A DNA stretch of 64,000 bases from Chloroflexota bacterium (GTDB lineage: Bacteria; Chloroflexota; Anaerolineae; Aggregatilineales; Phototrophicaceae): assembly GCA_011523735.1 (NCBI GenBank), contig WTGB01000028.1, positions 34,048 through 98,047 of the forward strand, read 5' to 3'. A program made the position numbers and the translations under genes. Shown here piece by piece: positions 36,881 to 46,449 of this stretch (the first letter of the stretch is position 1; the number at the start of each line of letters is the position of its first letter). The notes beneath the pieces are model-generated. The model was not told the DNA's origin and did no database searches. It saw only the letters and a list, made by a program, of their open reading frames with translations.

Positions 36881-36894
36881 GGCAATTCAGTCTA

Positions 36895-37920
36895 ATGGAT
36901 GGTCAACTACCACTAGCGCTAAGCGTTGGCGGCGCCACCTTCCTTCTCGGTGTTATCTGGGGAGGTCCCTTTGTCGAGATTCTGCATCGCCTGAAGCTGG
37001 GCAAGCAGATTCGCGCTGAACTCATGGATAGCCGCCATGTGCAAAAGATCGGCACACCGACGATGGGCGGCATAATGATCATCCTGCCGACCATTGCGAT
37101 CACACTGGCGCTGAATATCTCGCGCATTGTAGAAGAAGGTTCCGGGCGCAGCATTCTTGTGCCGCTTTTTGTCCTTATCGGTTTCGCCTTCCTCGGCTTG
37201 ATCGACGACTGGGAAGGGATACAGACCTCGCGAGGCAATGTGGGCGAAGGGCTCTCCGGCACGATCAAGTTCGCCAGTCAAATCTTGTTGGCGCTGACTG
37301 CCTCAACAATTATTTCTCATTTTCAGTTCTCCTATGCCAATTCGCTTATTCTGCCTTTGGTGCAAATCGAGATACCTATGCATCCGGTATTATTCGTAAG
37401 CATTAGCACCTTCATCATCGTCGCCAGTTCAAATGCCACAAATTTCACCGACGGCTTGGATGGACTGGCCGGCATCATTACGGCCACTGCTTTCGGCGCC
37501 TATGGCGTCATCGCCTTTCTGCATGAACAAATCTTTCTGGTCGAGCTTTGCTTTGTGGTCGTCGGCGCCTGTTTCGCCTTTCTTTGGTATAACGCGCACC
37601 CGGCGCAACTTTTCATGGGCGATACCGGCTCTCTCGCTTTGGGCGCCGCGTTGGGCACAACCGCAGTGATGACCGGCCACTGGTTGCTGCTGCCGGTTAT
37701 CGCCATCGTGCCCGTCATGGAAATTCTCAGCGTGATCTTGCAGGTTGCCTCCGCCAAACTTAGCCGACGCTTTTATGGCGTTGATATTCGCCCTTTCCGC
37801 CGCACGCCTATTCATCATCACTTCGAACTCGGCGGCTGGAGCGAAACACAGATTGTCCAGCGCTTCTGGCTGATCGGCATTTTAAGCGCCTTCGTCGGTG
37901 TCGCCCTAGCACTCCTCTAA
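36895..37920 (+). CDS. mraY: Phospho-N-acetylmuramoyl-pentapeptide transferase
   Basis: TPTMGG, NATNFTDGLDGLA, FMGDTGSLALG and PIHHHFEL motifs. Confidence 0.9.
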   Translation: MDGQLPLALSVGGATFLLGVIWGGPFVEILHRLKLGKQIRAELMDSRHVQKIGTPTMGGIMIILPTIAITLALNISRIVEEGSGRSILVPLFVLIGFAFLGLIDDWEGIQTSRGNVGEGLSGTIKFASQILLALTASTIISHFQFSYANSLILPLVQIEIPMHPVLFVSISTFIIVASSNATNFTDGLDGLAGIITATAFGAYGVIAFLHEQIFLVELCFVVVGACFAFLWYNAHPAQLFMGDTGSLALGAALGTTAVMTGHWLLLPVIAIVPVMEILSVILQVASAKLSRRFYGVDIRPFRRTPIHHHFELGGWSETQIVQRFWLIGILSAFVGVALALL

Positions 37921-38053
37921 TGCGATTAGAACGAAACGACCGGAATCGCGACATCAGGCAATACCTGCAATTTAATCAGCTTGGCGAAGCCATGAATAGC
38001 CTATGCACTATAATACGAGTGTGCTGCGAAAAGCTGTATGAGCCAGGAAGAGC

Positions 38054-39463
38054 ATGGCGAATCGCGATCAACTGGCGGGCAAGCGGGTAGTCATCTTCGG
38101 CTTCGGGCGTCAAGGCGCCGCGTTGGCTCGTTGGCTGCCGACGGTGGGCGCAGAGGTGGTCGTAACTGACAGCCGCAGCGCTAAGCAATTGAATCTGCGC
38201 CGTCGTGATTATCCCGGTGCCCGATTTTTTCTCGGCGGTCACCCGGAAGACGTCCTGATCGGCGCGCGTTGCATCTGCATATCAGGCGGCGTCCCGCTTG
38301 ATTTGCCGGTTCTCGTGTTGGCGCGTGAACGTGGTATCCCTTTCACCAACGATGCCCAGCTATTTCTGGAGCGCTGCCCCGCCCCGGTCATTGGCGTCAC
38401 GGGCAGCGCCGGCAAGACAACCACAACCGCGCTGGTAGCGAAGATCATCGCCAACTCCGGCTACGAAGTGTGGGTTGGCGGCAATATCGGCAACCCCTTG
38501 ATCGAAGAGCTTCCAAGGATCAAAGCCGATCACATAGTTGTCATGGAGCTCTCAAGTTTTCAGCTTGAGCTCATGACGCAAAGCCCGAGTGTTGCCGCCC
38601 TGCTGAATCTGACGCCGAACCATCTGGACCGGCATGGCACTTTCGAAAATTACGCGAATGCAAAAGCCAACATCCTCCGTTTTCAAGGTCCCGCCGATGT
38701 GGCCGTTCTGGGCTGGGACAGCCCCGGCGGCAAAGTCTTTGAGCCAGTCGTCGCTGGGGAGTTATTGGCATTCAGCCTATATGAGATGGTGCCACATGGC
38801 GCTTTTATGTTGGGCAGTCGGCTCCTGGTCGCCGGGTCGGCCAGCTTCGATATGAATCCCCATGTGGTTTGCGAACGTGAAGACATACCGCTGCGCGGCG
38901 ACCACAACGTGCTAAACGTACTTGCCGCTTGCGCAATCACCGGGGGCATGGGCTTGGCAATTGATCGACCAGGCATCATGCCGGAAGTGATGCGCGCTGC
39001 CATTTGCGATTTTAAGCCTGTTGAACACCGACTGGAAACAGTGCGAACAATCGATGGCGTGACCTGGGTCAATGACAGCATCGCCACTGCGCCTGAACGT
39101 CTGCTCGCCGCGCTCAGTAGCTACGATGAACCCTTGGTGCTTCTCATCGGCGGAGCGGACAAGGAGCTGCCTTGGGAGGCGGCAATACAGGTCGCGCTGC
39201 GAAAAGCCAAGCACATCGTCATATTCGGGGAGGATGGCGAAAAACAAGTTGCGACCAAAGTGATGAATCTGCTGGGCATTCTGCGAGTCGGCGACGAGCA
39301 GTTTTCCCGCGTTCCGACCCTAGAAGCCGCCGTCGCACGCGCCGCAGAGGTAGCGACAGCCGGAGATATCGTCCTGCTTTCGCCTGGCGGAACCAGCTAC
39401 GATGCCTACGTCGATTTCGCTGAACGCGGGACGCGCTTTCGCCAATTGGTATCTGAACTATAA
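38054..39463 (+). CDS. murD: UDP-N-acetylmuramoylalanine--D-glutamate ligase
   Basis: GKRVVIFGFGRQGAALARWL (Rossmann), GVTGSAGKTTT (P-loop), NLTPNHLDRH, and its position after mraY. Confidence 0.9.
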   Translation: MANRDQLAGKRVVIFGFGRQGAALARWLPTVGAEVVVTDSRSAKQLNLRRRDYPGARFFLGGHPEDVLIGARCICISGGVPLDLPVLVLARERGIPFTNDAQLFLERCPAPVIGVTGSAGKTTTTALVAKIIANSGYEVWVGGNIGNPLIEELPRIKADHIVVMELSSFQLELMTQSPSVAALLNLTPNHLDRHGTFENYANAKANILRFQGPADVAVLGWDSPGGKVFEPVVAGELLAFSLYEMVPHGAFMLGSRLLVAGSASFDMNPHVVCEREDIPLRGDHNVLNVLAACAITGGMGLAIDRPGIMPEVMRAAICDFKPVEHRLETVRTIDGVTWVNDSIATAPERLLAALSSYDEPLVLLIGGADKELPWEAAIQVALRKAKHIVIFGEDGEKQVATKVMNLLGILRVGDEQFSRVPTLEAAVARAAEVATAGDIVLLSPGGTSYDAYVDFAERGTRFRQLVSEL

Positions 39464-39499
39464 TAAATCGGGCAGTAATATGATCTGCCGAGGAATTGC

Positions 39500-40822
39500 A
39501 TGACCGACCAAGCCGCCGCTGATGTCAGACAACGTCGCGTCCGACGCCGGATTCGGCGCCGCCCCGGTTTCACGATCATCAACGATGACAGTGTCCGTCC
39601 CGTTCGGCATCAACAGCAACGCTTCCTGTCCTCCTTCGATAAGCCCATGCTCGCAATCGTGCTCCTGCTGCTCATAATTGGCGCCTTGATGGTATTCAGC
39701 GCGACGTGGGACTGGAGCAACCAGACTTATGGCAGCGCTTCCGGCTTTTTTGTCGAGGAGCACTTGCGCAATGTGGTGGTCTCGGTCATCGCGCTGCTGC
39801 TTTTTGCCACCGTGGACTATCGCTTCTGGAAACGATTTGCCGTCTGGCTGCTCATCTTTACCATCATTTCCCTGATCGCGGTTCGAATCTTTGGCGAGGA
39901 CATATTCGGCGCGCGGCGTTCATTCACCGGTGGGCGCCTGCAGCCGGGCGAGTTGGCCGAATTCACCATCGTCTTCTATATGGCAGCCTGGCTTGGCTCG
40001 CACAATGCCAGAGTGCGTAGCTTCTTCTACGGCTTTGTGCCCTTCGCGCTGATAGTCGGCACAATCGCCGCGTTGATCGTCTCGCAGCCGGATTTGAGTT
40101 CGGCAGCGATAGTTGTCCTCACCGCGGGCGTGATGTTTTTTGTCGCCGGCGCAAACATAATTCACATGGGCGCCGTCGGCGCGAGCGCGCTGGCCGCAGG
40201 GCTGATCGTATTGCAACGCTGGCAATATGCCCAGGATCGCATCGCCGATTTCCTAGTCGGCTTGAGCGACATAACCCTGACAGATTACCATACGCTGCAG
40301 GCGATAACCGCCTTTGTCCGAGGCGGTTGGTTCGGCGTCGGGGTAGGCCAATCGCAGCAGAAATTCGGCGCGCTTCCCGCACCCCATACCGATAGCATAT
40401 TTGCGATAATTGGCGAAGAACTCGGCGTCATGGGCGCGGCCGTCGTCGTCGCGCTCTATATCGCCTTTGCCATTCGCGGCTTCCAGATGGCGCGCCGGGC
40501 GAAAGACAATTTTGGCGCGCTGCTTTGCGTCGGCTTTACCTCTTGGGTAATCATTCAGGCGCTGCTGAACATCGCCGTCATGACAGGCGTGATCCCCTCC
40601 ACTGGCGTTCCTTTGCCTTTTATTAGCTTTGGGGGGTCCTCGCTCCTGGTTGTCATGATCGGCGTCGGACTCATGCTAAGTGTGCATCGCGTGGCCACGC
40701 GCCGCAAACCTGCCTCGGAACGGAGAAGCGATATTGCGAATTTTGATCGGAGCTGGAGGAACCGGCGGGCACGTCTATCCCGCGCTGGCAACCGCACAAG
40801 CGCTGCTCCAAGCGAAGGATGA
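39500..40822 (+). CDS. ftsW: SEDS-family peptidoglycan glycosyltransferase FtsW
   Basis: Multi-TM protein with LPAPHTDSIFAIIGEELG and PSTGVPLPFISFGGSSLL. The Arg-rich C-terminal tail overlaps the murG 5' end. Confidence 0.85.
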   Translation: MTDQAAADVRQRRVRRRIRRRPGFTIINDDSVRPVRHQQQRFLSSFDKPMLAIVLLLLIIGALMVFSATWDWSNQTYGSASGFFVEEHLRNVVVSVIALLLFATVDYRFWKRFAVWLLIFTIISLIAVRIFGEDIFGARRSFTGGRLQPGELAEFTIVFYMAAWLGSHNARVRSFFYGFVPFALIVGTIAALIVSQPDLSSAAIVVLTAGVMFFVAGANIIHMGAVGASALAAGLIVLQRWQYAQDRIADFLVGLSDITLTDYHTLQAITAFVRGGWFGVGVGQSQQKFGALPAPHTDSIFAIIGEELGVMGAAVVVALYIAFAIRGFQMARRAKDNFGALLCVGFTSWVIIQALLNIAVMTGVIPSTGVPLPFISFGGSSLLVVMIGVGLMLSVHRVATRRKPASERRSDIANFDRSWRNRRARLSRAGNRTSAAPSEG

Positions 40823-41837
40823 GGCGCACCAATTGTATTTCGTTGGCGCGGTAGGCGGCATGGAACGAGAGCTGGTGTCACAGTCCGGAATCGCCTTCGC
40901 TGGTTACCGTGAGGTTTTTGCCGGCCCCTTGCATGGCGTCAATCCATTTCGCATTGTGGCGAGTGTGCTGAAACTGGCGCTCGGTAGTCTGCAATCGCTG
41001 GGCATATCGCTGCGCCTTCGACCACAGGTAGTTCTATTGACCGGTGGTTGGCCGAACCTGCCTGTGGCGCTGGGGGCGCGTCTGTTACGCATTCCCATCG
41101 TCATATACCTGCCCGATATTGAACCTGGCTTGACGATAAAGGCATTAAATCCCTTCGCCAGCAGAATTGCTATAAGCGTCGAGCCATCTGCCCGTTTCTT
41201 TCCCGCCGGCAAAACGGTCGTGACTGGCTACCCCTTGCAGGCAAACCGTCTCAATGCTGAGCGCAAACAAGCGCAGGCGCATTTCAAGCTGGATGCCGAT
41301 CGACGGACCTTGCTGGTCTTCGGCGGCAGTCGCGGCGCGCGCAACATTAATATCGCTCTCGCCGATATGCTTCCCCATTTGTTCGATATGGGCTTGCAGA
41401 TCATCCACATCACCGGCGAATTCGATTGGGAAGAGAATCGGGAGCGGGTCGCCGATTTGAGCGAGCACCCGCACTATAAGGCCTTCGCCTACCTCCATGA
41501 TGAGATGGGTTTGGCATTTGCCGCGGCTGACCTGGCTGTTTGCCGCGCCGGGGCCAGCACCTTGGCGGAACTGCCTCTCTTCGGTCTGCCCGCCATCCTT
41601 GTGCCCTATCCCTATGCCTGGCGCTATCAAAAGATCAATGCCGATTTCCTCGCCGAACGCGGCGCCGCGATCAAGCTGAATGACGAGGACATGGCGGACA
41701 AACTCTACAAGACTGTCAGAGCGCTATTCACCGATGAAAGGCGCTTGAGCCAGATGAGCGCCAAGTCTCGCGCTTTGGCGAATCCGGACGGCGCGGGCCA
41801 GCTGGCTGACCTGCTGCTCAAAGTCGGCGGAAAATGA
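40734..41837 (+). CDS. murG: UDP-N-acetylglucosamine--LipidI N-acetylglucosaminyltransferase
   Basis: I prefer the TTG at 40734, which gives (M)RILIGAGGTGGHVYPALA, the canonical MurG N-terminus. The ORF track begins at the GTG at 40680. C-terminal CRAGASTLAEL motif. Confidence 0.85.
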   Translation: MRILIGAGGTGGHVYPALATAQALLQAKDEAHQLYFVGAVGGMERELVSQSGIAFAGYREVFAGPLHGVNPFRIVASVLKLALGSLQSLGISLRLRPQVVLLTGGWPNLPVALGARLLRIPIVIYLPDIEPGLTIKALNPFASRIAISVEPSARFFPAGKTVVTGYPLQANRLNAERKQAQAHFKLDADRRTLLVFGGSRGARNINIALADMLPHLFDMGLQIIHITGEFDWEENRERVADLSEHPHYKAFAYLHDEMGLAFAAADLAVCRAGASTLAELPLFGLPAILVPYPYAWRYQKINADFLAERGAAIKLNDEDMADKLYKTVRALFTDERRLSQMSAKSRALANPDGAGQLADLLLKVGGK

Positions 41838-41838
41838 C

Positions 41839-43221
41839 ATGCCGCAATTGAATCCCGGCACGCACATTCATTTCGTCGGCATCGGCGGCGCCGGACTTTC
41901 CGCCATTGCCCGCATCTTGCTGGAACGTGGCTGCACAGTCAGCGGTTCGGATCAAAATATGAGTCCGCTTACGGCAGCTTTGGCGGACGCTGGCGCGACA
42001 ATTTATCGGGGCCACGACACCCTTTACATAGAAGGCGCGGATTTAGTCCTGGCGACCTCCGCCGCGGCTGATGATCATATTGAGTTGGTGGGGGCGAGGC
42101 GACGGGGGATTCCCGTGTTCCGCCGCCGGGAATTCATGCCGGCTTTGCTGCAGGGCTACGACACGGTAGCCGTTGCCGGCGCTCACGGCAAGACGACGAC
42201 CACTTCAATGATCATCCACCTATTGCAGTATGCCGGCAAAGACCCAAGCTATATTGTGGGCGGCGCCATGGGAAATACAGGCAGGAATGCCGGCCTTGGC
42301 TCTGGCAAATCCTTCGTCATTGAAGCCGACGAATACGGCAACATGTTCCACGGGCTGTCGCCGCATCTGGCGGTGGTCACAACGGTTGAACACGACCATC
42401 CTGATTTCTTCAAGACGCCCGCCGATATCACCACGGCCTTCGAGCAGTTTGCCGCTTCAATACGGGCGGGCGGATTGCTCATCGCTTGCGCCGATGACCC
42501 GGGCGCAATGGCTCTCGCTTATGAACGCCAGAAGATGGGCGGCGCAATTTGCACTTACGCCATCGAAAACCCAGATGCCGACTGGCGCGCCACCGAATTA
42601 TGCTTCATGGACGAAACGACTACTTTTACGGTCCGGCGACAAGGCATCCCGCAAGGAAGCCCGAGTCTCCGCCTGCCGGGCGCGCATAACGTTTCAAACG
42701 CGCTTGCGGCGCTGATCGTGGCACATGAACGCGGCGTTCCGTTCGGGACGAGCGTCCGCGCCCTGGCTGGCTTCAAAGCGGCCGAACGCCGCTTTGAAAT
42801 CCGCGGCATACGCGATGGCATAATTGTTGTCGACGACTACGGGCACCACCCCACCGAAATCGCAGTCAATATTCAAGCCGCGCGCCTGCGTTATCCGCGT
42901 CACCAGATTTGGGCGATCTGGCAGCCCCATACGTACTCCCGCGTCCGCCAGTTCTGGTCCGAATTCATTGCCGCTTTTCACGAAGCCGATCGCGTCCTGG
43001 TCACGCCAATCTACGCCGCCCGAGAAGCGCCCATTGATGGTTTGTCAAGCGCGGCTCTGGCCGAAGAGATGGGACAGACGATTCACGCAACTTATTCACC
43101 ATCGTTTGATAGTGCAGTCGAGATATTGCGCCGATCGGCAACTCCACCTGCGGTCGTCATCATTTTCAGCGCTGGCGACGCAAACCTGATCGCGGACTTG
43201 TATCTGAACAGCGAGTCCTGA
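41839..43221 (+). CDS. murC: UDP-N-acetylmuramate--L-alanine ligase
   Basis: HIHFVGIGGAGLSAIARILLERGCTVSGSD, GAHGKTTTTSM and DDYGHHPTEI. Confidence 0.9.
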   Translation: MPQLNPGTHIHFVGIGGAGLSAIARILLERGCTVSGSDQNMSPLTAALADAGATIYRGHDTLYIEGADLVLATSAAADDHIELVGARRRGIPVFRRREFMPALLQGYDTVAVAGAHGKTTTTSMIIHLLQYAGKDPSYIVGGAMGNTGRNAGLGSGKSFVIEADEYGNMFHGLSPHLAVVTTVEHDHPDFFKTPADITTAFEQFAASIRAGGLLIACADDPGAMALAYERQKMGGAICTYAIENPDADWRATELCFMDETTTFTVRRQGIPQGSPSLRLPGAHNVSNALAALIVAHERGVPFGTSVRALAGFKAAERRFEIRGIRDGIIVVDDYGHHPTEIAVNIQAARLRYPRHQIWAIWQPHTYSRVRQFWSEFIAAFHEADRVLVTPIYAAREAPIDGLSSAALAEEMGQTIHATYSPSFDSAVEILRRSATPPAVVIIFSAGDANLIADLYLNSES

Positions 43222-43226
43222 CGCAA

Positions 43227-44141
43227 ATGGTTTCGCCAAACTTGCCATCAATCGATGATTTGCCGCGCAAGCAATCGCTGGCTCGCTTTACCGCTGCTCG
43301 GCTTGGCGGTCCAGCCGATTATCTCTACATCGCCAAAGACCCAAGCTACCGCGACTTGATTCCACTGCTCCATCAAGCTTGGAAGCACCGAATGCCGGTG
43401 ACCGTTATCGGCGGTGGAGCCAATATTCTCATCTCCGATGCCGGCATCCGCGGTCTGACCATTATCAACCGCGCCACAGACATGAAGCGCGCATTCGCGG
43501 GAAATGCAGCGGTGGTCATCGTCAGCAGCGGCACGAATTTGATCCGCCTGGCACGCTATTGCCATGATAATGCGCTGAGTGGCATGGAATGGGCTATTGC
43601 GGTACCCGGCACGATCGGCGGCGCCGTAGTCAACAACGCTGGCGCGCACGGCAACGATATCGCCAACTCACTGACTCGGGCATTGATCTATGAGGCGGAC
43701 GGGGGCGAGCGCTGGATAGAAGCGAAATGTATGAAATACGCCTACCGTCATTCCTGGCTCAAGGCTCGCGACGACCGCCGATTTTTTGTCATGCGCGCCG
43801 AATTCAGCTTTAAGAGTGATGATCCCGCCGCGATTCAGCAACGAATGAACAACAACAACGAATATCGCCGGCGCACGCAACCACCAGGCGCCAGCCTCGG
43901 CAGCATATTCAAAAATCCGCCAGGCGATTTCGCTGGCCGCCTCATAGAAGCAACTGGCTTGAAAGGGCAAACCCTTGGCTCAGTGCAAGTCTCTCCAGTC
44001 CACGCCAACTTCTTCGTGAACCATAGTTCAGATGCCAGCGCAAGCGATTACTTTGCGCTTATTGAACTCGTGCGCGAGCGCGTCAAGGAGCGATTTGATA
44101 TCGAGTTAGAATTGGAAATTCAAGCCTTGGGAGAATGGTAG
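43227..44141 (+). CDS. murB: UDP-N-acetylenolpyruvoylglucosamine reductase
   Basis: FAD-binding VIGGGANILISD, GTIGGAVVNNAGAHG, SLGSIFKNP and SPVHANFFVN. Confidence 0.9.
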   Translation: MVSPNLPSIDDLPRKQSLARFTAARLGGPADYLYIAKDPSYRDLIPLLHQAWKHRMPVTVIGGGANILISDAGIRGLTIINRATDMKRAFAGNAAVVIVSSGTNLIRLARYCHDNALSGMEWAIAVPGTIGGAVVNNAGAHGNDIANSLTRALIYEADGGERWIEAKCMKYAYRHSWLKARDDRRFFVMRAEFSFKSDDPAAIQQRMNNNNEYRRRTQPPGASLGSIFKNPPGDFAGRLIEATGLKGQTLGSVQVSPVHANFFVNHSSDASASDYFALIELVRERVKERFDIELELEIQALGEW

Positions 44142-44242
44142 CGGATTTCCGCCTGATGCGGTTTGCGCCGTATTTTGACCAATAGTACACTGAATGATGT
44201 ATCGGCTGGGGGCTTCATCCAAATACTAGTGGAAGACCATAC

Positions 44243-45076
44243 GTGGCGAGTCATGTCCAAGCGCATCGGCGGCAACCTGACCGCGCCCCTGGTGTCTTAC
44301 ATCGGACGACGCCGGGGACCATTCCCAAGCTTTCGACGACTGTGCGACGAGAACAGCGGCGGGCTTTCTCCCGTTGGAGAGTTATCAGTGCCGTTCTTTT
44401 TGTGCTTTTTGGCTTGACCTTGCTGGCCTTTTTTACCAGCGATGTCTTTTACGTGAGAGCGATTCAAGTGCGCGGCAACACGTTCATTATCAGTGAAGAG
44501 GTCTTCGCCTACTCGGAGTTGGCGGATTACCACATGTTTTGGCTGGATCCCGATGAAATCCGCGAGAACGTGCTGCGCTCGCCGTCAGTTGCGGATATCA
44601 CCGTTGAAGTCGGCTGGCCCCCCGATTTAGTGACTCTGCTCGTCCAGGAACGCCAGCCCGCTCTCGTCTGGTCCGATGCCGGCGATGAGACCTGGATCGA
44701 CATTCAAGGGCGGGTCATGCCTGCCCGAGCGGAGATGCCCGGCCTGCTTCATGTGAACTTGGTGAATGACGGCCCTGACGGACCATTGCCAAGCGCGGAG
44801 GACTTTACCAAAGACATGGTGCTGGGCGCTTTGCGGCTTCGGGAGGTCCTGCCCGAAGGCGATCACCTCGATTATCATCCTGTTCACGGGTTGGGATGGA
44901 CGAACGAACAAGGTTGGCAGGTTTGGATGGGAACAGACTCTGCGGCCGTGATGGACGAGAAAATCAAAATCTACGATGTGCTGGTGGAGAATTTAAACAG
45001 TCGCGCAATTGATGTTGCCGAACTGAATATAGCGAATCCCGACGCACCGTTCTACAGACTTTTGTGGGGGTTTTAG
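44243..45076 (+). CDS. ftsQ: Cell-division protein FtsQ (POTRA domain)
   Basis: Arg-rich cytoplasmic tail, TM (VISAVLFVLFGLTLLAFF), POTRA (FYVRAIQVRGNTFISEEV). The GTG start at 44243 is uncertain, because an ATG at 44252 lies in another frame. Confidence 0.7.
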   Translation: MASHVQAHRRQPDRAPGVLHRTTPGTIPKLSTTVRREQRRAFSRWRVISAVLFVLFGLTLLAFFTSDVFYVRAIQVRGNTFIISEEVFAYSELADYHMFWLDPDEIRENVLRSPSVADITVEVGWPPDLVTLLVQERQPALVWSDAGDETWIDIQGRVMPARAEMPGLLHVNLVNDGPDGPLPSAEDFTKDMVLGALRLREVLPEGDHLDYHPVHGLGWTNEQGWQVWMGTDSAAVMDEKIKIYDVLVENLNSRAIDVAELNIANPDAPFYRLLWGF

Positions 45077-45082
45077 AACCGC

Positions 45083-46324
45083 ATGGGCGACTTAGTAGTT
45101 GGACTGGATGTCGGCACACATAAAATCTGCACCATCGTCGGGGAGGTGCGTCCCGAAGATGTCTATGTCGTTGGCTTAGGCATCGAACCCAGCGACGGCA
45201 TGAAGAAGGGCGTCGTGAATGACGTCGGCGCCTTGTCATCGGCCATCGCTAAATCCATCCGCAAAGCGGAGAAGTCAAGCGGCTACGACATAAACCGCGC
45301 TTTCGTCAGCGTCGCCGGCAGCCATATCTCGTCACTTACCAGCCGCGGCCTCGCCACCATCGTCGGCTCGCGCAGCGTCCAAGCAGAAGACCTTGAAAAA
45401 GCGATGAGCGTGGCGCGCAATATTGCCATTCCCCATAATCGCGAGATTCTGCATGTCGTCCCGCGCAGCTACACGCTCGACAGCCAGGATGGCATCCGCA
45501 GCCCCATCGGGATGCACTGCTTCCGCCTAGAGGTCGACGCGCATATTATCACCGCCTCCACAACTAGCCTGGCTAATCTCGAAGACGCGGTCGAATCAGC
45601 CGGTGTCCTGGTTGATCGCTTCATCCTTAATCCATTGGCAGCGGGTGATGCGGTTCTGACCGATCATGAACGGGAGATGGGCGCGGTCGTCATCGACATC
45701 GGCGGCGGCACAACTGACCTTGCGATCTTCATTGACGGCACCGTCTGGCATACGGCGATCATCCCGGTCGGCGGCAATCACGTCACACAAGACATAACCT
45801 ACTGGATGCGAGTGCCCTTTGGCTTGGCGGAACAGGTCAAAATCCAGAGGGGCCATGCCGATATGAACGCCGTCAGCGAATCTGAGGTATTTCCCGTCGA
45901 ACCCTTCGGCGGCGAAATCTTGCCAGTGTCCCGCCGAGATCTGGCTATGGTTATTGAAGCGCGCTTGGAAGAAATCTTCGAGCTGGTGGAAAAGGAAATC
46001 AAACGCTCGGGTTATGCTGGCCTGCTCCGCGCTGGCGCCGTCATCACTGGCGGCAGTTCACAGTTGCCGGGCTATCGCGATCTTGCTTCCCGCATCTTGA
46101 ATCTGCCTGTGCGCCTGGCCCATCCGGAGCGGATCACCGGCATCGCCGATACATTGAAGAATCCATCCTATAGCACGAGTGTCGGCTTGCTGCGGCTCGG
46201 GCTGGAAATGGATTCTGTGACGGAGCCGGAACTGGTAAGTAATATGGGGCTGCCTGTCAACAATTGGAGCCGGCGAATGAACGATTTCTTGCGGCGTTTC
46301 TTGCCACAAGACGAGCAGAGATAA
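45083..46324 (+). CDS. ftsA: Cell-division protein FtsA
   Basis: Actin-fold motifs VGLDVGTHKI, VIDIGGGTTDLAIF and ITGGSSQLPG. Confidence 0.9.
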   Translation: MGDLVVGLDVGTHKICTIVGEVRPEDVYVVGLGIEPSDGMKKGVVNDVGALSSAIAKSIRKAEKSSGYDINRAFVSVAGSHISSLTSRGLATIVGSRSVQAEDLEKAMSVARNIAIPHNREILHVVPRSYTLDSQDGIRSPIGMHCFRLEVDAHIITASTTSLANLEDAVESAGVLVDRFILNPLAAGDAVLTDHEREMGAVVIDIGGGTTDLAIFIDGTVWHTAIIPVGGNHVTQDITYWMRVPFGLAEQVKIQRGHADMNAVSESEVFPVEPFGGEILPVSRRDLAMVIEARLEEIFELVEKEIKRSGYAGLLRAGAVITGGSSQLPGYRDLASRILNLPVRLAHPERITGIADTLKNPSYSTSVGLLRLGLEMDSVTEPELVSNMGLPVNNWSRRMNDFLRRFLPQDEQR

Positions 46325-46449
46325 TTTAGGCGGGTTAATGTTTATTTTTGCCTCTTATTTGATTTGCAGTAGTTTTGAATCTGCGTACAATGATTTCAGA
46401 AACTTGCGGTATGCGCTCAGCAACCTGCTGATTCACGAGGGTAGTCATT

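Noticed and set aside
44163-44417. 84-aa ORF in another frame overlapping the ftsQ 5' region (contains ATG at 44252, MSKRIGG...)
   Set aside because: It ends in hydrophobic nonsense and has no POTRA continuation. Most likely it only reflects uncertainty over the ftsQ start (GTG 44243). A frameshift joining the two frames cannot be excluded without read data, but I do not call a separate gene or pseudogene.
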